Of a stretch of DNA of 64,000 nucleotides, positions 1-8,500 are shown piece after piece. Source of the DNA: Nitrospirae bacterium GWC2_57_13 (lineage in GTDB: Bacteria; Nitrospirota; UBA9217). A model generated the notes under the pieces. That model saw only the letters and a list, made by a program, of their open reading frames with translations, was not told where the DNA came from and ran no database searches. Numbering within the stretch: position 1 is the first letter of the stretch; every line of letters starts with the position of its first letter. The stretch lies in assembly GCA_001805055.1 (NCBI GenBank), contig MHDZ01000015.1:1263-65262 (forward strand). The letters run 5' to 3'. A program made the translations under genes and the position numbers.

Positions 1-495
1 TGGCACTTGCCGCAGGTCTTCATGGCGATGGAGGGATTGAAGGCCAGCGTTTCCGGATTCTTGTCGTGCCAGACGATGGCACGGTAATCGCGATTGTTCT
101 CGACCTCGCCGTCTATCATCTGCTTAGGGGCCAACTGCGTTGCACGATTATCGCCGCGCGGCTCAAGGGAAGGCCAGCCTTTCGCATCCTGTTCCGGCAT
201 CTGCGGCCGCGTAAGCGCCTTCCACTGCCTGTTCACGGCCATGACCGTGATCATGCCCGCATGAGCATCCTCCTTCGATTGCTTTTGCGGATCGCCGAGA
301 TGGCAGTCCTCGCACTGCGCGGGCATGCCTGACTGTGTAAGCGTATCCATGAGCCCGACGGTGAACTGCGGATATCCCTGCTTTGCCATTGCCGCGGCAT
401 TGCCGTGGCAGTCAACGCAGCTTCCCGCGGAAGCGCTGCCCGCTGCAAGGACCAGCGCGCACAAAAGCATTGTCACCGTGAAAAGAACACGCATC
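1..495 (-). CDS. Multiheme c-type cytochrome, partial (C-terminus lies beyond the window start)
   Basis: Minus-strand frame from ATG at 493-495 reads MRVLFTVTMLLCALVLAAGSASAGSCVDCHG...CEDCH...CGKC. It has a signal peptide and at least 2 CxxCH haem motifs (a third begins at the window edge). SD GGGAGG lies 6 nt upstream. It is absent from the ORF track only because it lacks an in-window stop. Confidence 0.75.
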
Positions 496-567
496 TTTCC
501 CTCCCCCGGCGCTGTACCGCCGTCTCCAGATGATGAGGTATTTATAGATTTTGAATGATTTCACTTT

Positions 568-573
568 ATTATA
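568..573 (-). promoter_or_regulatory. Candidate extended -10 promoter (TGcTATAAT on minus strand) for the cytochrome c gene
   Basis: Reverse complement of 566-580 reads ctgcTATAATaaag, lying in the AT-rich tract 540-600 about 65 nt upstream of the ATG at 495. No clear -35. Confidence 0.3.
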
Positions 574-627
574 GCAGAAACGGCATGATAAGAAGCGAAC
601 GGAAGGGAATAGCATTGCCTGCTGTTC

Positions 628-717
628 CGGTTCATCCCCGCACGTGCGGGGAACATAGAACAAAACGATGCGTCGATTGCGGCGAGGACGGTTCATCCCC
701 GCGCACGCGGGGAACAC
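628..717 (-). CRISPR. Orphan type I-E-like CRISPR remnant with 2 repeats and 1 spacer
   Basis: Two 29-nt repeats CGGTTCATCCCCGCACGTGCGGGGAACAT (628-656) and CGGTTCATCCCCGCGCACGCGGGGAACAC (689-717). Reverse complement is GTGTTCCCCGCGTGCGCGGGGATGAACCG, the canonical I-E hairpin repeat. A 32-nt spacer gives exact 61-bp periodicity. The distal repeat is degenerate but keeps its palindromic stem. No cas genes and no leader are present in the window. Confidence 0.6.
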
Positions 718-731
718 CACATCGGTGGTCG

Positions 732-1208
732 CTACAAGAACCGCCGTGCGTCGAGAAAATGCCTGCGCCAGTAGGCGTCCTCGACGCTGTCTGTCCGCAC
801 CGTCTTGCCGGTGCTCGGGGCATGGACGAAGCGGCTGTCTCCCACATAGATGCCGACGTGGGAATAGCTCTTGCCCCGCTGCTTGAAGAACAGAATGTCG
901 CCTTCCCGCATGCTCCGCTTCGGAACGGAACGGGTGTGCCTCCTCAGCTCTTTCGTGCTATGGGGGACCTTCTTCATGCCCGCAGACGCGTAGCTGTACT
1001 GGACCAGGCCGCTGCAGTCGAAGCCTGCGGGGCCGTTCCCCCCGTACCGGTATGGTCTGCCCAGCATGGTCAGCGACACCTCCGCTGCTCTTGCTCCGAC
1101 CGTGTACGAATACCCGTTCAGACGCACAGGCGGCCGCGTGTTGCCGCAGCCGGCGAGGGCGGCGAAAAGAGCGCCCAGCACCACGGCTGATATTTGAACT
1201 TTATTCAT
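732..1208 (-). CDS. NlpC/P60 (C40) peptidoglycan endopeptidase lipoprotein
   Basis: Lipobox LAGC in the signal peptide MNKVQISAVVLGALFAALAGCG. Catalytic-core motifs FDCSGLVQYSY, GDILFF and SHVGIYVG are present. Start re-assigned to ATG 1206-1208, inside ORF 732..1271. Confidence 0.85.
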   Translation of the reverse strand: MNKVQISAVVLGALFAALAGCGNTRPPVRLNGYSYTVGARAAEVSLTMLGRPYRYGGNGPAGFDCSGLVQYSYASAGMKKVPHSTKELRRHTRSVPKRSMREGDILFFKQRGKSYSHVGIYVGDSRFVHAPSTGKTVRTDSVEDAYWRRHFLDARRFL

Positions 1209-1279
1209 ACTCGTTATTTTCCGCATATTTAATAAAATGGAACGAGGCACTGCTTCAGGTCTTCGGGACATGCCAGAAG

Positions 1280-1398
1280 CCCCTCACCCCCCGTTAGAGG
1301 CTGCGCCTCTAACGGGGCAGGCCGGCCCTCTCCCCGGAGGGGCGAGGGACTTTGTTTATTTCCTCTCCCCTCAGGCGAGAGGATTACGGTGAGGGGCA
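1280..1398. repeat. Cluster of GC-rich palindromic (REP/MITE-like) elements, the 'GEG' family
   Basis: Nested inverted repeats ccgttagaggc/gcctctaacgg, ccctctcccc/ggggcgaggg and cctctcccctca/tgaggggcagag. Related copies occur at 5646-5684, 6011-6046 and 26438-26489. In translation they give PLPLGEG-like peptides that artificially extend ORFs. Confidence 0.5.
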
Positions 1399-1559
1399 GA
1401 GCCATAACAATTTCAAATGCGATTGTATTCGTTCCAAGTATAACATGGATAGAGTGAAAATATTCGCTACATCTTGAATGCGCCCTCCTGCCCAATGCAG
1501 AAAGTACAGCTGGGCATGATCAGACATTATCAGATCTGATCCGCGGCCAAATGCTTTTT

Positions 1560-2411
1560 TCAGGATCGAGGCCTCGCCGTTTCGCCCGTCTCCCAGGTCA
1601 GCATGGCCTTCTTCCGCTGACTGCCCCACCGGTAGCCGCCGATCGCGCCGGTCTTTCGGATCACGCGGTGGCAGGGGATCAGAAACGCCACAGGATTATG
1701 CGCAACAGCATTGGCCACTGCTCGAACAGCGCCGGGCCGTCCGATCTTCCGTGCAATGTCTTCGTAGGAAGCGACCGCGCCGCGCGGAATGTTCAAGAGC
1801 GCCTGCCAGACTTTCAACTGGAAGTTCGTGCCCTTGAGATGCAGCGTCAGCAGCTCGCCGGTCTTTGCCGCACCAAAGATTCTGTCCGCAACCGGTTTTG
1901 TCGCAGATCTATCTTCCAGAACCTCGGCATGCTTCCACTGCTTCTTGAACTCGCGAATTACCTTGGTTCGATCTCCCTGCGGCACAAAGGCAAGACTGCT
2001 GATCCCTCTGTCCGTAACGGCTACAAGACATTCGCCGAAGGGACTGGGATGAAAACCGAACCTGATCTTCAGACCGGCGCCCTGCTTCCGGAACTCGTCC
2101 GGTGTGACCGCCTCGATATTCACGAATAGGTCGTGCAAACGGCCCGGGCTTGACATCCCTGCCTCGAAGGTGACGTCGAGAAGACTGCCGGAACTCTTCA
2201 ATGCCTCCTTTGCTCGCTCCAGGGTCAATGCCTGCAGAAATCGCTTCGGACTGATGCCTGCCCAGCGCTTGAAAAGCCTATGGAAATGGTACTCACTCAA
2301 ATTCGCCGAACGCGCGATCTCTTTGAGCTCGGGCCGGCGACGAGCATTCTTCTCCAGAAAAAGGATCGCCTTCTCCACGCGCAGATAGTCATCGGCTGGT
2401 TGTGTCTTCAT
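1560..2411 (-). CDS. AraC-type HTH fused to methylated-DNA-protein-cysteine methyltransferase (Ada-like O6-alkylguanine repair/regulator, lacking the N-terminal Zn methylphosphotriester domain)
   Basis: N-terminal HTH_AraC signature (LSEYHFHRLFKRWAGISPKRFL). C-terminal MGMT active site PCHRV plus the usual conserved DNA-binding helix. ATG at 2409-2411 is preceded by GGAGGTG with a 6-nt spacer. The track start at 2420 is a GTG abutting the SD. Confidence 0.8.
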   Translation of the reverse strand: MKTQPADDYLRVEKAILFLEKNARRRPELKEIARSANLSEYHFHRLFKRWAGISPKRFLQALTLERAKEALKSSGSLLDVTFEAGMSSPGRLHDLFVNIEAVTPDEFRKQGAGLKIRFGFHPSPFGECLVAVTDRGISSLAFVPQGDRTKVIREFKKQWKHAEVLEDRSATKPVADRIFGAAKTGELLTLHLKGTNFQLKVWQALLNIPRGAVASYEDIARKIGRPGAVRAVANAVAHNPVAFLIPCHRVIRKTGAIGGYRWGSQRKKAMLTWETGETARPRS

Positions 2412-2667
2412 GCGGATCACCTCCCCTGCGTAAGATCATAACGCATCGTCGAGAAGGGAACAACCCGAATCTTGCTCTTTTCAAGGTAAACCTCTTTGCA
2501 GAACAATGATCCTTACTTCGTCCTCACAGCAGCTGATGCCGACAACGCCGCGAGGAATCCGAAGATCACAGCCATACCCACCTCCCTGTACACGTGCCCG
2601 ATGTTCAAAGCCCCTTAGTGCTTTCGATGATCACCGGCAATTCCTTCTTCCCCGCGTTTATGGTGTC

Positions 2668-3402
2668 TCAAGACCTTCGGAAATCGAAGGGTTCCGGAAA
2701 TCCCCGGATCGCATTGGCAAAGCACCGGTCCAGCGCCTCGGGTGCGTTCTCGATCAGCGCGCAATCGTCGAAATTGTTGTCCTTGACATGATAGGGCTTC
2801 TTGTCCTTCCTGGCGAAATCAAGAAGGACGAGATCGCCTTTGGCGCCGTAGACGATTATGCGGAGGTCGTGATCGCCGAAATCGCGGTTGATCTTGTTCA
2901 ACGTTGTTTTCTTCATATTGTTCATCTTGCGGTAATAGTCGATCTCCCTCCAGCCCGCAGGATTCGATGGTAGATCGTAATCGACAATCCCGTGCCCGGG
3001 ACCTTTCGGGACCGACATGCCGTCCATTTTCCCGTAATAGCACCGCAGCTCCTTCGGCAGGCACTCAAGATGCGGTCTAGCCTCGCGCACCGACGCGGCG
3101 GAAACCGGGATGTTGCAGATCACCAACCGTCCCTCGCACATGAGTCCCCAGTGGTAGTTTTTGTGCTCTTTGTTCCGCTGTCCCAGCCCAAGACCCCGCG
3201 AAACGACTTCCAACAGATGTATACGCCCACATTCTTGCGTTAACACCTTGTAGGCCTGCGGCTGGTTCCCGGCGAAATTTTCGAAAAAAGCCTCGTTGCC
3301 TTCATCGATCGCGTTCCAGAGGTCAGCGGGAACGCGGTCCCGCGCCTCTGGGGGAAACTCCGAAGAATGCTTGAATATGGCGCTGAAATCATCGAACGTC
3401 AT
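2668..3402 (-). CDS. Hypothetical protein (244 aa, cytoplasmic, no recognisable domain)
   Basis: Long ORF with even composition, ATG start, weak SD AGGACGG. Function unknown. Confidence 0.55.
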   Translation of the reverse strand: MTFDDFSAIFKHSSEFPPEARDRVPADLWNAIDEGNEAFFENFAGNQPQAYKVLTQECGRIHLLEVVSRGLGLGQRNKEHKNYHWGLMCEGRLVICNIPVSAASVREARPHLECLPKELRCYYGKMDGMSVPKGPGHGIVDYDLPSNPAGWREIDYYRKMNNMKKTTLNKINRDFGDHDLRIIVYGAKGDLVLLDFARKDKKPYHVKDNNFDDCALIENAPEALDRCFANAIRGFPEPFDFRRS

Positions 3403-3536
3403 ACGCTTACCGTCCTAAATATGAATTCAACCGACCTTGAAACGCTTTGCAAGGCGTTCCAATATTTTTCAACAGGCTCGTTCACAATGCGGAACCTGAT
3501 GCTCCCGTCTTCAGGGAAGGCCCGCCCATCACGCCG

Positions 3537-4313
3537 TCACTCCCTGACCAGCTCAACGCGCACCGGCTCTATGGCGAACGGTGATTTTCTGCCCACAAGC
3601 CTCACGCGGTCGCCGACCTGTACGCGATCAAAAAACGGTTTGTTTACACAGATGTCTTCAGGAAAGGATATGCCATCGAGGTTGATTCTCGGCTTGCATC
3701 GACGATACTTTGACCGGAAGTCGTATTTGGCCGTCACCGTCGTAACGACCACGCCGTTGTCCTTCTCGGCAGCATAATGGAGCGCCTTGGGCAGACCCCC
3801 GAACACAGCCCCGTGAAATACGAGTCCAAGGCCCAAAACGGCGACGATGAGTCGTGTGTACCGTGACAGCGGCTTCTTTCGTGCGAATTCCGGAGATCGG
3901 CGCGCCTTGATCAGCAGCAGGAACATGGGCGCATACAGGGCCAGGAATATCGTGAAAAAGGCGGGGTCAGCATCAGGGACGGTCGAGCTCAGGCTCCTCC
4001 GGTACATCCCGAACAAAGCAAGAGCAATAAGAAGACCGAAATACGCGGAAAAGGCCACCCCCCACGGACCGATTCGCTGCTTCACGATCCGGGGATGCGC
4101 CTCGACCTTGCAGGAATACGTCGTGTTCTTCCCCTCTCTTGTCACGTCGAACACGATCCTCTTCGCGTGCCGCAGGTCAGCGCCGCGCGACTGCATCTCT
4201 GCCACGCACTTCTGCCACTCGTGGCGGATATCCTCGGGCATGTCGGCCTCGGAACCGTACGGTACGCCGTTAATCCGGATAATGGGGGAAGTTTTCTTCC
4301 GTTTCAACATCAT
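3537..4313 (-). CDS. Hypothetical membrane protein (2-3 TM) with N-terminal I-x-I-N-G-x-x-Y-x-S...PED-x-R motif
   Basis: ORF 3537..4529 trimmed to MMLKRKKTSPIIRINGVPYGSEADMPEDIRHEWQK. The upstream 72 codons are Ser/Trp-rich read-through overlapping the neighbouring gene. Hydrophobic helices follow. It shares its N-terminal motif with the next gene. Confidence 0.5.
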   Translation of the reverse strand: MMLKRKKTSPIIRINGVPYGSEADMPEDIRHEWQKCVAEMQSRGADLRHAKRIVFDVTREGKNTTYSCKVEAHPRIVKQRIGPWGVAFSAYFGLLIALALFGMYRRSLSSTVPDADPAFFTIFLALYAPMFLLLIKARRSPEFARKKPLSRYTRLIVAVLGLGLVFHGAVFGGLPKALHYAAEKDNGVVVTTVTAKYDFRSKYRRCKPRINLDGISFPEDICVNKPFFDRVQVGDRVRLVGRKSPFAIEPVRVELVRE

Positions 4314-4389
4314 TTTCAGAATCAATGTCCGGTCGGTAATTTCCAACAGCCCTGCCCATGATTCACTCGGCCAAATGCGACTTTGAGGA

Positions 4390-4866
4390 TCAGAGATACC
4401 CCAAACGCGACAGGACGATTGCAGCGAGGAAGCCCAGGACGATGCCGAGGACAACGTTTCTCGCGGTCTTTCGTCGAGCTTGCTCACGCTCTCGTTCGCG
4501 CTCTTGCTCCAGCGCGAGAGGCGACACAAAGCCGGCGCTCGGTTTCCCAGCCATGAAAGCGCTTTCCGTGCGGGAAGTTCCAGCCTTATCTTTCAATCGT
4601 TTCATAATCTGCTCCAGCCCGGCCGCACGGTCGCCCTCAACGGTATAACTGAACTCGTTTTTCGTAGTTTTCGTTGTGTGCTTTGCCCCTTTGCCCAGAT
4701 TATCGAAGACGTCCGCTATGCCGTTTCCATCCTTGTCCTCCAAAAGGGATAGCGTGGATTCGAGCTGTTGCCGCTCGTCCTCGGGGATCTGCTCGATGCT
4801 GCTGTACTCTTTCCCATTGATCACGTATCGTTCGTTCTTGATCGCGGTTTTCGTCTTCTTGAACAT
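4390..4866 (-). CDS. Hypothetical tail-anchored protein (C-terminal TM) with the same N-terminal INGxxYSS...PEDxR motif
   Basis: Start MFKKTKTAIKNERYVINGKEYSSIEQIPEDERQQ with SD GGGAGG and a 6-nt spacer. It has an EREREREQARRK linker and a C-terminal helix VVLGIVLGFLAAIVL. Paralogous N-terminus to 3537..4313. Confidence 0.55.
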   Translation of the reverse strand: MFKKTKTAIKNERYVINGKEYSSIEQIPEDERQQLESTLSLLEDKDGNGIADVFDNLGKGAKHTTKTTKNEFSYTVEGDRAAGLEQIMKRLKDKAGTSRTESAFMAGKPSAGFVSPLALEQEREREREQARRKTARNVVLGIVLGFLAAIVLSRLGYL

Positions 4867-4960
4867 GTCCTGCCTCCCTACCCCCCGAGCAGTATAATCA
4901 CCGCACAGATCGGGAAGTCTTCTGCATCCATCACCACAGCAGCCCTCCTGCCGCCCCCGA

Positions 4961-5602
4961 TTAGCGTTTAATGGAATGGAGCGCGCCGTCGGCCTTGAGC
5001 TTCTTGAGATCGCCTGCATCGATCGAGAACGACTCTGCTGCAAAGTATCCTGCCTGGGTGGTCTCATGCTTCGTTATTGCCTGTTGCGCGCCGCCTGGAC
5101 GGTTATAGGCGTAATTGGCCACCATCACCTCAAGTTGGCCGCCCGATATGGTTTTAACCTTCAGGATGCCGTAGGGATGAGTAGGGTCAGACTTGGTGAA
5201 GAGCTTCGGCAGGTTCACGATGTAATAATCGTTCACTGCCGGCTGCTCCAGATAGGCAGCTTCCTTTTTCGACGTCTCATGCCCGGCATACCCGGCGAAG
5301 GCAAAGACAATTGCCAACAGCACCAGTCCCGAGAAGGCGGGCAGGACCCTGCCCTTGGTAAAGACCGCTTCCTTGATGTCCTGCCGCACCTGGTCAGGCA
5401 GCTCCTTGCCCATCAGCGTCTGCTTGCACTTCAGGCACTCCGTTCCCGGCGACTGCATGGTCGGAAAAAGCGGGATCCAGAAAATGTGAAAATGGCGCAA
5501 CACCCCGAAGGTGCTGTGCGACTGGCCTCCGCAGGATTTACACGCCATGTTGTTGATCTGCGCTCCCGGGATCACCTTCCCTCGTGTTCCATAGATGATC
5601 AT
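4961..5602 (-). CDS. Zinc-ribbon domain membrane protein (MIIYGTRG...CxxC...FWIPLFP...CxxC family) with a C-terminal extracytoplasmic domain
   Basis: N-terminal MIIYGTRGKVIPGAQINNMACKSCGG...FHIFWIPLFP...ECLKCK is typical of the small zinc-ribbon family. A TM helix follows, then a soluble domain of about 100 aa. SD AAAGGAG with a 6-nt spacer. Confidence 0.65.
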   Translation of the reverse strand: MIIYGTRGKVIPGAQINNMACKSCGGQSHSTFGVLRHFHIFWIPLFPTMQSPGTECLKCKQTLMGKELPDQVRQDIKEAVFTKGRVLPAFSGLVLLAIVFAFAGYAGHETSKKEAAYLEQPAVNDYYIVNLPKLFTKSDPTHPYGILKVKTISGGQLEVMVANYAYNRPGGAQQAITKHETTQAGYFAAESFSIDAGDLKKLKADGALHSIKR

Positions 5603-5645
5603 GTGCTGCTCCTTTCGCTGGTATAAGTAATGTCAAAAGTTATAT

Positions 5646-5684
5646 CCCCTCTCCCCTTGGGGGAGAGGGTTAGGGTGAGGGGTA
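5646..5684. repeat. GEG-family palindromic repeat copy
   Basis: cccctctcccc-ttg-ggggagaggg is a perfect inverted repeat followed by ttagggtgagggg. It overlaps the 3' end of the DUF559 ORF. Confidence 0.5.
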
Positions 5685-6002
5685 AGAAGGGCATCTCGGA
5701 TCAACTCCAAAACACCTTCTAAAGTTATTGAATACCTGGTTATCCCAAAATCGCAGTACTCTATACCCTTCGGCCCTGAGCCATTCATCTCGAATTTTAT
5801 CCTTCGTATTGTTCAAATGCTGACCGCCATCCAATTCAATTATCAGTTTATTTTCAAGATTTACGAAATCTACAATATATCCGCCAATTGGATGTTGACG
5901 TCGAAACTTATAACCCACTATCTGCCGATCTCCAATGTGCCGCCATAAATGCCGTTCGGTATGCGTGGGGTTTTTTCGAAGCCTTCTGGCAACTCCAATC
6001 AT
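5670..6002 (-). CDS. DUF559 endonuclease-domain protein (Vsr/Mrr-like restriction-endonuclease fold)
   Basis: RRLRKNPTHTERHLWRHIG...YKFRRQHPIGGYIVDFVN...LIIELDGGQH...RDEWLRAEGYRVLRFWDNQV is the classic DUF559 signature. ATG at 6000-6002 is preceded by GGGGG and an 8-nt spacer. The C-terminal tail is encoded by the GEG repeat. Confidence 0.75.
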   Translation of the reverse strand: MIGVARRLRKNPTHTERHLWRHIGDRQIVGYKFRRQHPIGGYIVDFVNLENKLIIELDGGQHLNNTKDKIRDEWLRAEGYRVLRFWDNQVFNNFRRCFGVDPRCPSYPSP

Positions 6003-6010
6003 AGCTTTCA

Positions 6011-6046
6011 CCCCCGCCCTATCCCTCCCCCCTCAAGGGGGAGGGT
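6011..6046. repeat. GEG-family palindromic repeat copy
   Basis: ccctccccc-ctcaa-gggggaggg inverted repeat immediately upstream of the DUF559 gene start. Confidence 0.5.
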
Positions 6047-6139
6047 TTTCTTTATTTTCCCATATATTACAGAACGGTCTTTCATAAAACTTTTGACATT
6101 ACCCTGATAAGCGTTCATTTTAAAAACCGCTGACCTATA

Positions 6140-6760
6140 CTACTTGATCCTCAGGGACTGAAGCGAGCGTTCCACCGCTGATCGGGTCATTGAATCATAT
6201 GCGCCGGAGCACTGGAGCAACAGGCCCCTGTTGAGAAGCGCGACGAACAAAAAACTACCCGGCTCGTTATTTTTCTTGCTGATCGAAAGCCGGTACGCCT
6301 CTTTGCCGCTGATTTCGATCTTCTCTGCCTTGGATATCGTGATATCCTTCTCGTATTTTCCGTAGGTAGCGTCAATGGTTGTTTCGAGCAGGAGCTTGAC
6401 ATCGCCAGGCTTGATATCCATAGACGGTGGGAGTGGTGATGCGACGCACGTCAAAAAGAAGCGTTCCGTCTCCGGTCCCGTGTAGGGGCTCGCCATGGTC
6501 ATGAACAATACTCCGGATTTGCTCAGGCCTTCCGCGACGGGCCGCTTCCAGAACCGTTCATTCGTTTCCAGCATGGTGCGTTTCACCTCATTCGGATCTC
6601 TCCGTTCCCACGCCTTCGGCAGCTCGATGCTGAGACCCGTCGCCTCGTCGAAGAAAACGTAGGTATCGGGGGCCTTGCCGGCCGCATCGCGGGAAACCGC
6701 AGCGCAGGAAAACAGGACCAGAAGGAACAATCCCTGTGCAAAAAGACGAAGTAATCTCAT
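6140..6760 (-). CDS. Hypothetical secreted protein / putative lipoprotein
   Basis: Start MRLLRLFAQGLFLLVLFSCAAVS (signal peptide with possible lipobox FSC). SD GGGAGAG with a 5-nt spacer. ORF 6140..6805 trimmed. Confidence 0.6.
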   Translation of the reverse strand: MRLLRLFAQGLFLLVLFSCAAVSRDAAGKAPDTYVFFDEATGLSIELPKAWERRDPNEVKRTMLETNERFWKRPVAEGLSKSGVLFMTMASPYTGPETERFFLTCVASPLPPSMDIKPGDVKLLLETTIDATYGKYEKDITISKAEKIEISGKEAYRLSISKKNNEPGSFLFVALLNRGLLLQCSGAYDSMTRSAVERSLQSLRIK

Positions 6761-6821
6761 GTAGCTCTCCCTGGCAGCTTCTGATATCAGAGCGGTGCAT
6801 TTCATGCGCGCCTATACGCGA

Positions 6822-8447
6822 CTAATCGCAAAGCCGGCCCTTGTCCAGCGCCTCGCGCAGGGGACCCGATACCGAGGATGCGCAGATCGGAAGTGCAACC
6901 GCCTTCGCCTCAGCGGAGTTGCCCTCCGCTAAAAGAGTGAATGCCAGCATGGTTCGCAAACGCAAACCGAGGTCCGGCGTAAATTGTGTTTTCAGGATTT
7001 CCTCTTCACGCAATCCGGCCCGCAGTTCGCGTTCGGCGCCCGCGGGATCACGGGTGTCCAGAAGTGCAGCTGCACGGAAAAGGCGCGCGCGGGGATCACG
7101 GGGAAAACGCGCAACCAGGTCCGCGGAACGCGTTTTCAACTCGGAATAAGTCTTCTGAAGCTCATTTCCCGGGATTAACATCGCGCTGAGGACGCAGGAG
7201 TGGAAGTTCCTGGTGACCGGAACAAATGCCAGGGTGAATGCTGCGAGGCCTGCAACAGAAAACGCTGTTGCAAGCTTAAGGAATCGGGGCAAAGGACTCG
7301 TCTCGCGCCAGGTCTTGAGCATCGCCAAACCCATGACAGCACCGCTCAACGCGCCGCCGAGATGGGCGCCGAAATCGATGTGGTGGCCGGTCCCGGTCGT
7401 CGCCAATGGGATCAGCGACGGGATCAATACGCGCAGAAGGCCCATCTGAACCTGGGTGCGGCTCGCATCCATGGGCAGACGAAAGCTGCATACGAATGCC
7501 GCGGCAAAAAGTCCCATGATCGCCCCCGACGCTCCTACGGACACCATTGTTGCCGGGTTGACCGCCAGCGACATGAACGAACCGCCTATTACGCCGATCA
7601 CAAAGAGCGCGAAAAACCAGGCGCGGCCAACGAGGCCTTCAAGGACATAACCTGCAAAAAAAAGGGCAATACCATTCATCAGCAAATGAAAGGCATCAGC
7701 GTGAAGGAGTGCTGCCGATAAGATCCGATGCCATTCGCCGGACTGGAGCACAAGGGCCGGGTTCAATCCTCCCCATGCCAGAAGCGTACGGATACTGGGT
7801 TCCAGAAGGCCCGTCGCCGGTCCGATGCCGTAGCGCAGCTCTCCGATAAAAATGGCGACGAGTAGTGCCAGCAGCGAAATGGTTATGAACGGGAAAACAT
7901 GCTGCGGCACGGCCACCGCAGGCCGTTGCAATTCCGCGTCGCTGACACGGGGTGTACGCAACAACCGTTCAATGAACGCGCGCCCCGCCAAACGTCCATT
8001 GAAGGGCACGTTGCTCCAGACCGAGGCCGTTGAGGTGTCAATAGCCCAGGCAGAGATGACTACTTTGGAAAAGATGGACCGACGTTTCAGCAGCTTCAGC
8101 CGGTCGCGGTCCGCGCCGGTGATCGGCGTCCGCCCGACCTCGATGATCTGGATCACCACCGGCATCTTCGCACGGTTTATCGTGCCGGAGTATTTGAGGC
8201 ATTGTTTGCCGATTGCTTCCACGGCGTCCCGTGAAAGTTCGAATCGTTTCCCTGCATGCGCTTCGCCGTCGATCAGGCAGAGGACCTGGAAGCTCATGCC
8301 GTCCGCGCGCGTAAGAACGATATCACTCCCTGAAACAAGACCGTTCGCCTCCGGCACTGTACCGGAAGTGAAGCCCTTCTTTGCCATGTACTGCTTGGCC
8401 AGGTAGGCCGCGAACGACTGAGTGCCTGCATTGCTCTGCGCTTCCAT
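6822..8447 (-). CDS. Rhomboid-family intramembrane serine protease with an N-terminal cytoplasmic domain and C-terminal TPR-like tail
   Basis: Rhomboid core HLLMNGIALFFAGYVLEG, catalytic GASGAIMGL and HLGGALSGAVMGL. Start MEAQSNAG with SD GGAGGAGGG. ORF 6822..8504 trimmed. Confidence 0.8.
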   Translation of the reverse strand: MEAQSNAGTQSFAAYLAKQYMAKKGFTSGTVPEANGLVSGSDIVLTRADGMSFQVLCLIDGEAHAGKRFELSRDAVEAIGKQCLKYSGTINRAKMPVVIQIIEVGRTPITGADRDRLKLLKRRSIFSKVVISAWAIDTSTASVWSNVPFNGRLAGRAFIERLLRTPRVSDAELQRPAVAVPQHVFPFITISLLALLVAIFIGELRYGIGPATGLLEPSIRTLLAWGGLNPALVLQSGEWHRILSAALLHADAFHLLMNGIALFFAGYVLEGLVGRAWFFALFVIGVIGGSFMSLAVNPATMVSVGASGAIMGLFAAAFVCSFRLPMDASRTQVQMGLLRVLIPSLIPLATTGTGHHIDFGAHLGGALSGAVMGLAMLKTWRETSPLPRFLKLATAFSVAGLAAFTLAFVPVTRNFHSCVLSAMLIPGNELQKTYSELKTRSADLVARFPRDPRARLFRAAALLDTRDPAGAERELRAGLREEEILKTQFTPDLGLRLRTMLAFTLLAEGNSAEAKAVALPICASSVSGPLREALDKGRLCD

Positions 8448-8500
8448 TATCCCTCCTCCATGTAAGACGGGCCGCTGCCACAGCAGAGGCAAGCATGCGG

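Noticed and set aside
540-600. AT-rich tract next to the CRISPR remnant as a possible CRISPR leader
   Set aside because: The repeat orientation, inferred by comparison with the canonical I-E repeat, places any leader on the opposite side, at coordinates above 717. The AT-rich tract is better explained as the promoter region of the cytochrome c gene.
555-1190. 211-aa plus-strand ORF spanning the CRISPR remnant and NlpC/P60 gene
   Set aside because: It is antisense to the strongly supported NlpC/P60 gene and runs through the CRISPR repeats. Composition is non-protein-like.
5670-6050. DUF559 gene plus flanking repeats as an insertion sequence or transposon
   Set aside because: There is no transposase, integrase or terminal inverted repeats with target duplications. 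The flanks are members of the dispersed GEG palindrome family rather than IS ends. It is reported as a repeat-bracketed gene, not a mobile element.
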